Part shown: piece after piece, positions 60,251 to 64,000 of the stretch
Layout: the number at the start of each line of letters is the position of its first letter
How positions within the stretch are numbered: the stretch's first letter is position 1
Virus record (IMG/VR): IMGVR_UViG_3300032236_001583
Span: 3,926-67,925 of that record
Reading direction: 5' to 3' (one strand)
Origin: a virus
Length of the DNA: 64,000 nt
Made by a program: the position numbers and the translations under genes
Notes under the pieces: generated by a model
What the model saw: only the letters and a program-made list of their open reading frames with translations
Told to the model about the DNA's origin: nothing
Databases searched by the model: none

Positions 60251-61050
60251 TAAAAAAAATAATACATATTGCCGACTTACATATTAGGACTATTCAATTG
60301 CATGATTTGTATAAAACACAATTTAAAAAGTTATTAATAGATTTAACTATTGAATTAGGAGATACTAATTATGATGAAACCAGAATAGTAATTGCTGGAG
60401 ATATTGCACATCAAAAGATTAATATTTCTAACGAACAATTAATGTTAACAAGTTGGTTTATTAAATCATTAACAGAACTTGGTCAAGTAGTTATTATACC
60501 CGGTAATCATGATTTCTTAGAAAACAATACACAACGATTAGATAGTATTAGCCCTGTTGTCGATTTATTAGATAATAGCAATATTCGATACTATAAAGAT
60601 AGTGGTGAATATATGGATGACAATATCCAATGGATCGTATATTCCTTATATCAACATAATGCTCGTCCTGAGTTTACAAAAGACGAATCCAAATTAACAG
60701 TTGGTTTATTCCATGGTCCTATCCAAGGTATGTCAACTGATTTAGGATATGAGTTTGAGGATGCATATGACCAGTTAAACTTTGTTGATTTAGATTTATT
60801 GTTATGTGGTGATATACATAAGAGACAACAGTTTGTTTTACCTGGTGGAGGAAAAGCGGTTATGGTTGGGAGTTTAATACAACAAAATTTTGGTGAGACA
60901 GTTAAACATCATGGTTATGGTGTATATGATGTAGAAACAGATGAATATGCATTTCATGATTTACCAAATGAACAACCATTTCTTCATTTTACAATAAACG
61001 ACATTAAAGATATTGAAGATGAAACAGAAGCACACGTTAACGTTGGATAA
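60247..61050 (+). CDS. Metallophosphoesterase nuclease (SbcD/Mre11/gp47-like)
   Basis: HIADLH, AGDIAH, PGNHD, FHG, GDIHK, GSLIQQNFGE. Confidence 0.9.
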   Translation: MIKKIIHIADLHIRTIQLHDLYKTQFKKLLIDLTIELGDTNYDETRIVIAGDIAHQKINISNEQLMLTSWFIKSLTELGQVVIIPGNHDFLENNTQRLDSISPVVDLLDNSNIRYYKDSGEYMDDNIQWIVYSLYQHNARPEFTKDESKLTVGLFHGPIQGMSTDLGYEFEDAYDQLNFVDLDLLLCGDIHKRQQFVLPGGGKAVMVGSLIQQNFGETVKHHGYGVYDVETDEYAFHDLPNEQPFLHFTINDIKDIEDETEAHVNVG

Positions 61051-61522
61051 TGAGTTTATTGAATTTTGCGAATTGAATAACATTAAAGACGTCAACAAAA
61101 AAGCAAAAGAAGTTTTTGATCGTGGATTTACAATATTGAAATACGGGGAGTTACCAGGGTCAAACAAAGAGATTGTTGAAGTTGTAAAAGAAATAACTGT
61201 AGAAGTTCCTGTCGAAAAAATTGTTGAAGTTAAAGTACCATATGAAGTAGAAGTAATTAAGGAAATAATAAAAGAGGTTCCGGTTGAAATTGTAAAAGAA
61301 GGTGAAACAAAAACAATAATTAAAGAAATTATTAAGGAGGTTCCGGTTGAAAAAATAGTAGAGGTTACAAAAGAAGTTATAAATAATAAATTAGTAGAGG
61401 AATTAAAAAAAGAAAACGAAAGATTAAATAACGAGTTAAATCATATCACAGATACATTAGCAAAAGCAGCTAAAGCTAGGGTAATGAAAAACAGCGATTT
61501 AGGTTCTTTATACGATGAATAA
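61019..61522 (+). CDS. Hypothetical protein with (K/E)EVPVE(K)IV repeats and coiled coil
   Basis: Repeats VEVPVEKIVEV / IIKEVPVEIV / IIKEVPVEKIVEV; overlaps the upstream gene. Confidence 0.7.
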   Translation: MKQKHTLTLDNEFIEFCELNNIKDVNKKAKEVFDRGFTILKYGELPGSNKEIVEVVKEITVEVPVEKIVEVKVPYEVEVIKEIIKEVPVEIVKEGETKTIIKEIIKEVPVEKIVEVTKEVINNKLVEELKKENERLNNELNHITDTLAKAAKARVMKNSDLGSLYDE

Positions 61523-62609
61523 TATGAATATTTTAGAAATTTTACAGAACTGCATTATTAAACATTCAATTGTTGAAGATAATAATGGAAAAGAAATTGT
61601 TAACAGAAATCGAGGTTTGCGATATGTTGCAAATTACATGAATGTTAGTGTAGGTACAATAAAAAGATGGATCGAATTGAAAGACGTTCCTAGATATTAC
61701 GTTTTTGATCTTTACAATCTATTAGGTGTTGAAATTGATTATAAAAAATTCACAGCTAAAGATAAAGATCAATTCTTTACAAGTAAATCAACCGCTAAAC
61801 GTTGTTATGATCTTTTCAATGAAACGATCAAAGAGCTTGATGGTGATAATCTCGATCAGTATACCTATGTTGAACCATCAGTAGGTAATGGTAATTTTTA
61901 TGATTTATTCCCTGAAGATAGAAGAATTGGTATTGATATTGAAAGTGAAATGGAAGGTGCTGTTATATGTGATTACTTGAAATGGAAACCTGAAGATGAT
62001 AAAAAGTATTTGGTATTGGGTAACCCACCATTTGGGTTAAGATCTAATTTGGCATTAAGGTTTCTTAATCATTCTAATTATGCTGATTATGTTGGATTCA
62101 TCTTACCACAAATATTTGATAGTGAAGGTAAGGGATCTGCAAAGAACAGAGTATTAGGGTTAAATTTAATTAAAAGTGTACCAATCAGACCTGATTTTTA
62201 TTATCCAGACGGTAAAGAAGTTAAAGTTAATGTTATATTCCAAATATGGTCAAGACATCATAGTATTGAAGTTGAAAAACAAGAATGTAAAAGTTATATA
62301 AAAGTTTACTCATTATCTGATGGTGGAACAGTTGCAACAACTAGAAACAAGAATATGATTGGTAACTGTGATGTATACTTACCACAAACATGTTTTGGCC
62401 CTGAAAAGATGAAGATATATGATGACTTCGAGGAAGTACCAAAAAGATGTGGATATGGTATTGTGTTCTTGAAAGAGAAAGAAACGTTAACAAATTTATT
62501 CAACGAAACAGATTGGTCATTGGTTTCTTTCAAGTCAACTAATGGCGCATTTAATATACGAACTGACTTGATTAATAACGTTTTAATTAGAAAAAATTTA
62601 GTCGATTAA
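61515..62609 (+). CDS. N6-adenine DNA methyltransferase with N-terminal HTH
   Basis: DQFFT (motif X), VEPSVGNGNF (motif I), GNPPFG (motif IV); HTH-like LRYVANYMNVSVGTIKRW. Confidence 0.85.
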   Translation: MNNMNILEILQNCIIKHSIVEDNNGKEIVNRNRGLRYVANYMNVSVGTIKRWIELKDVPRYYVFDLYNLLGVEIDYKKFTAKDKDQFFTSKSTAKRCYDLFNETIKELDGDNLDQYTYVEPSVGNGNFYDLFPEDRRIGIDIESEMEGAVICDYLKWKPEDDKKYLVLGNPPFGLRSNLALRFLNHSNYADYVGFILPQIFDSEGKGSAKNRVLGLNLIKSVPIRPDFYYPDGKEVKVNVIFQIWSRHHSIEVEKQECKSYIKVYSLSDGGTVATTRNKNMIGNCDVYLPQTCFGPEKMKIYDDFEEVPKRCGYGIVFLKEKETLTNLFNETDWSLVSFKSTNGAFNIRTDLINNVLIRKNLVD

Positions 62610-62657
62610 TTTTTTTTTACAACATATATTTCTTATATTTTATAATAATAAAAATAT

Positions 62658-62972
62658 ATGTTTATGTTAATGTTGTTTTGGATTTTAGCTGCCTATGGCA
62701 TGTCTACTATCATTGTTTACGGGTCAATATTTGAGAAGTTAAGGGGGTTTGTAATTAAGCAATCAACTTTTTTTGGTACGTTAATAACGTGCATGATGTG
62801 TACTAGTTTTTGGGTTGGGGCTTTTATGTCATTATCATTGAAAGGTCTATCTAACCACTATTTAACTGCACCATGGTTTGTTTATTTATTTTTTGACGCA
62901 TGCTTTACATCTGGAGCAGTGTGGGCCTTAAATGGCATAATCGAGTTCTTCGAAGAGAATAGAATTAAGTAA
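62658..62972 (+). CDS. Small three-TM membrane protein (DUF1360-like)
   Basis: Three hydrophobic segments; IF..LR and L..C..C.SFWVG pattern. Confidence 0.7.
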   Translation: MFMLMLFWILAAYGMSTIIVYGSIFEKLRGFVIKQSTFFGTLITCMMCTSFWVGAFMSLSLKGLSNHYLTAPWFVYLFFDACFTSGAVWALNGIIEFFEENRIK

Positions 62973-62973
62973 G

Positions 62974-63735
62974 ATGAATTTTGCGTTAGAAAACAAAACG
63001 AAAAAAATTATTAAATTAGCAGTTCAGAAGATAACTGACACAGTTGATCACTATAAAGAAACAATCACAACGACAGCTAAAACGCATGAAATGCAAGAGC
63101 AAGGACAAGAGAATGCTGATAGTGTCGATATGCAAGTATGTGATATATTAGGTTCAACAGAAAACGATATGTCATTTTATTATGATGAAGTTAAGTATAT
63201 TGTAAAAATTGTTGGTAAGAACAAGAAGAGATCTTTCGGTGACATATATGCTGAAATATATGTGGTAGAAACAAACGAGCTTTTTTATAATTTCCCAATT
63301 AACACCAAAGTAACATTTGAGGATGACAATGGTAATCCTAACTTAGCGGCATTCAATAGAATATTGAAAAATTGCATTGAGGGATCGTTTCATTATTTTG
63401 TGTTTACTGTTGATTGTTCTTTGCGTAAGATAGACAATAACGGGCCTATTTCAGTATACTGTGTAAATGTGCCGTATATAATGAATTTAGAACCATTTAA
63501 GTATGTTAACTATAATGCTGGTCCTGGTCAGATGATGTTAAATAAAAAACAATTACATGAATTAAGGATGTCAACTGATGATAAAGTTTTATTTGATGCT
63601 GATATGAGCTTTAAGGACTTTGATAATGTTTTACATTTATATAACGAAAAAGTACAAGAACATATTGAATTGAGAATTCAACAATTTGAGGACAAGAAAA
63701 ATGTAATAACTGAGAGTAAAGATAAATTTTATTAA
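62974..63735 (+). CDS. Putative type II restriction endonuclease (PD-(D/E)XK-like)
   Basis: RSFGDI.......FPINTK....N.PNL is consistent with a PD..(D/E/N)xK core; TAATG-coupled to a downstream MTase. Confidence 0.45.
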   Translation: MNFALENKTKKIIKLAVQKITDTVDHYKETITTTAKTHEMQEQGQENADSVDMQVCDILGSTENDMSFYYDEVKYIVKIVGKNKKRSFGDIYAEIYVVETNELFYNFPINTKVTFEDDNGNPNLAAFNRILKNCIEGSFHYFVFTVDCSLRKIDNNGPISVYCVNVPYIMNLEPFKYVNYNAGPGQMMLNKKQLHELRMSTDDKVLFDADMSFKDFDNVLHLYNEKVQEHIELRIQQFEDKKNVITESKDKFY

Positions 63736-64000
63736 TGGCTAAAGCTAGAGCGAGAACACAAAAGGCTAAGGTTGAGAGAGAGCACAAACAACAGATGGGT
63801 CAGTTTATGACACCATCTGATTTGTCATTGTCCATAATTGAAAATAACGATTATACAATTGAAAGTAAGGTATTGGAACCATCATTTGGTGAAGGATCAT
63901 TTGTGTTGAATCAAATTGATTTATTTGCTAAGAATGTTTATAAAGATTCTTCTCCAGAAACAATTAAAGAGATATTAAGAACTAACATATATGGATGTGA
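63735..64000 (+). CDS. N6-adenine DNA methyltransferase (TaqI/Eco57I-like), runs off window end
   Basis: Not in the ORF track; MAKARART...QMGQFMTPSDL...KVLEPSFGEGSF...NIYGCE covers motifs X, I and II. Confidence 0.85.
   Translation, partial: MAKARARTQKAKVEREHKQQMGQFMTPSDLSLSIIENNDYTIESKVLEPSFGEGSFVLNQIDLFAKNVYKDSSPETIKEILRTNIYGC

Noticed and set aside
1-64000. Alternative genetic code (stop-codon reassignment)
   Set aside because: Long genes are intact in code 11, and TAG (9117, 22357, 51344, 58286) and TGA (60250) act as normal stops.

Overview
A 64-kb, very AT-rich segment of a large lytic myovirus genome, distantly T4-like in gene content. The host is most plausibly Bacteroidota: there are no Shine-Dalgarno motifs, leaders are A-rich, and SprB-like and DUF5977-like domains are present. 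Gene order is: neck/tail-terminator genes and a SNF2 helicase; tail sheath, tube, assembly chaperone, tape measure and baseplate hub; a replication block (Dps-like protein, SSB, RecA/UvsX, 5'-3' exonuclease, DnaB, class II RNR); about 27 kb of baseplate, fibre and adhesin genes; then RuvC, primase, nucleases, two DNA adenine methyltransferases and a candidate restriction endonuclease. The most interesting signals are: (1) a [S/T]-G-x-T tetrapeptide strongly enriched in predicted surface virion proteins but absent from tube, tape measure and enzymes, a candidate virion glycosylation sequon; (2) mucin-like (Thr-X)n stalks punctuated by a conserved [12 protein letters not shown] motif at identical 51/61-aa spacing in two different genes; (3) a start-less ORF reachable by a +1 frameshift at UUU_UUU_CGC in the tail chaperone gene; (4) a TATTTATA late-promoter motif placed exactly 12 nt before many start codons, suggesting leaderless mRNAs; (5) a parS-like site, AT-rich tract and leftward promoter forming a candidate origin; and (6) a candidate late small RNA. 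All family assignments come from motif recognition by eye, and no searches were run.
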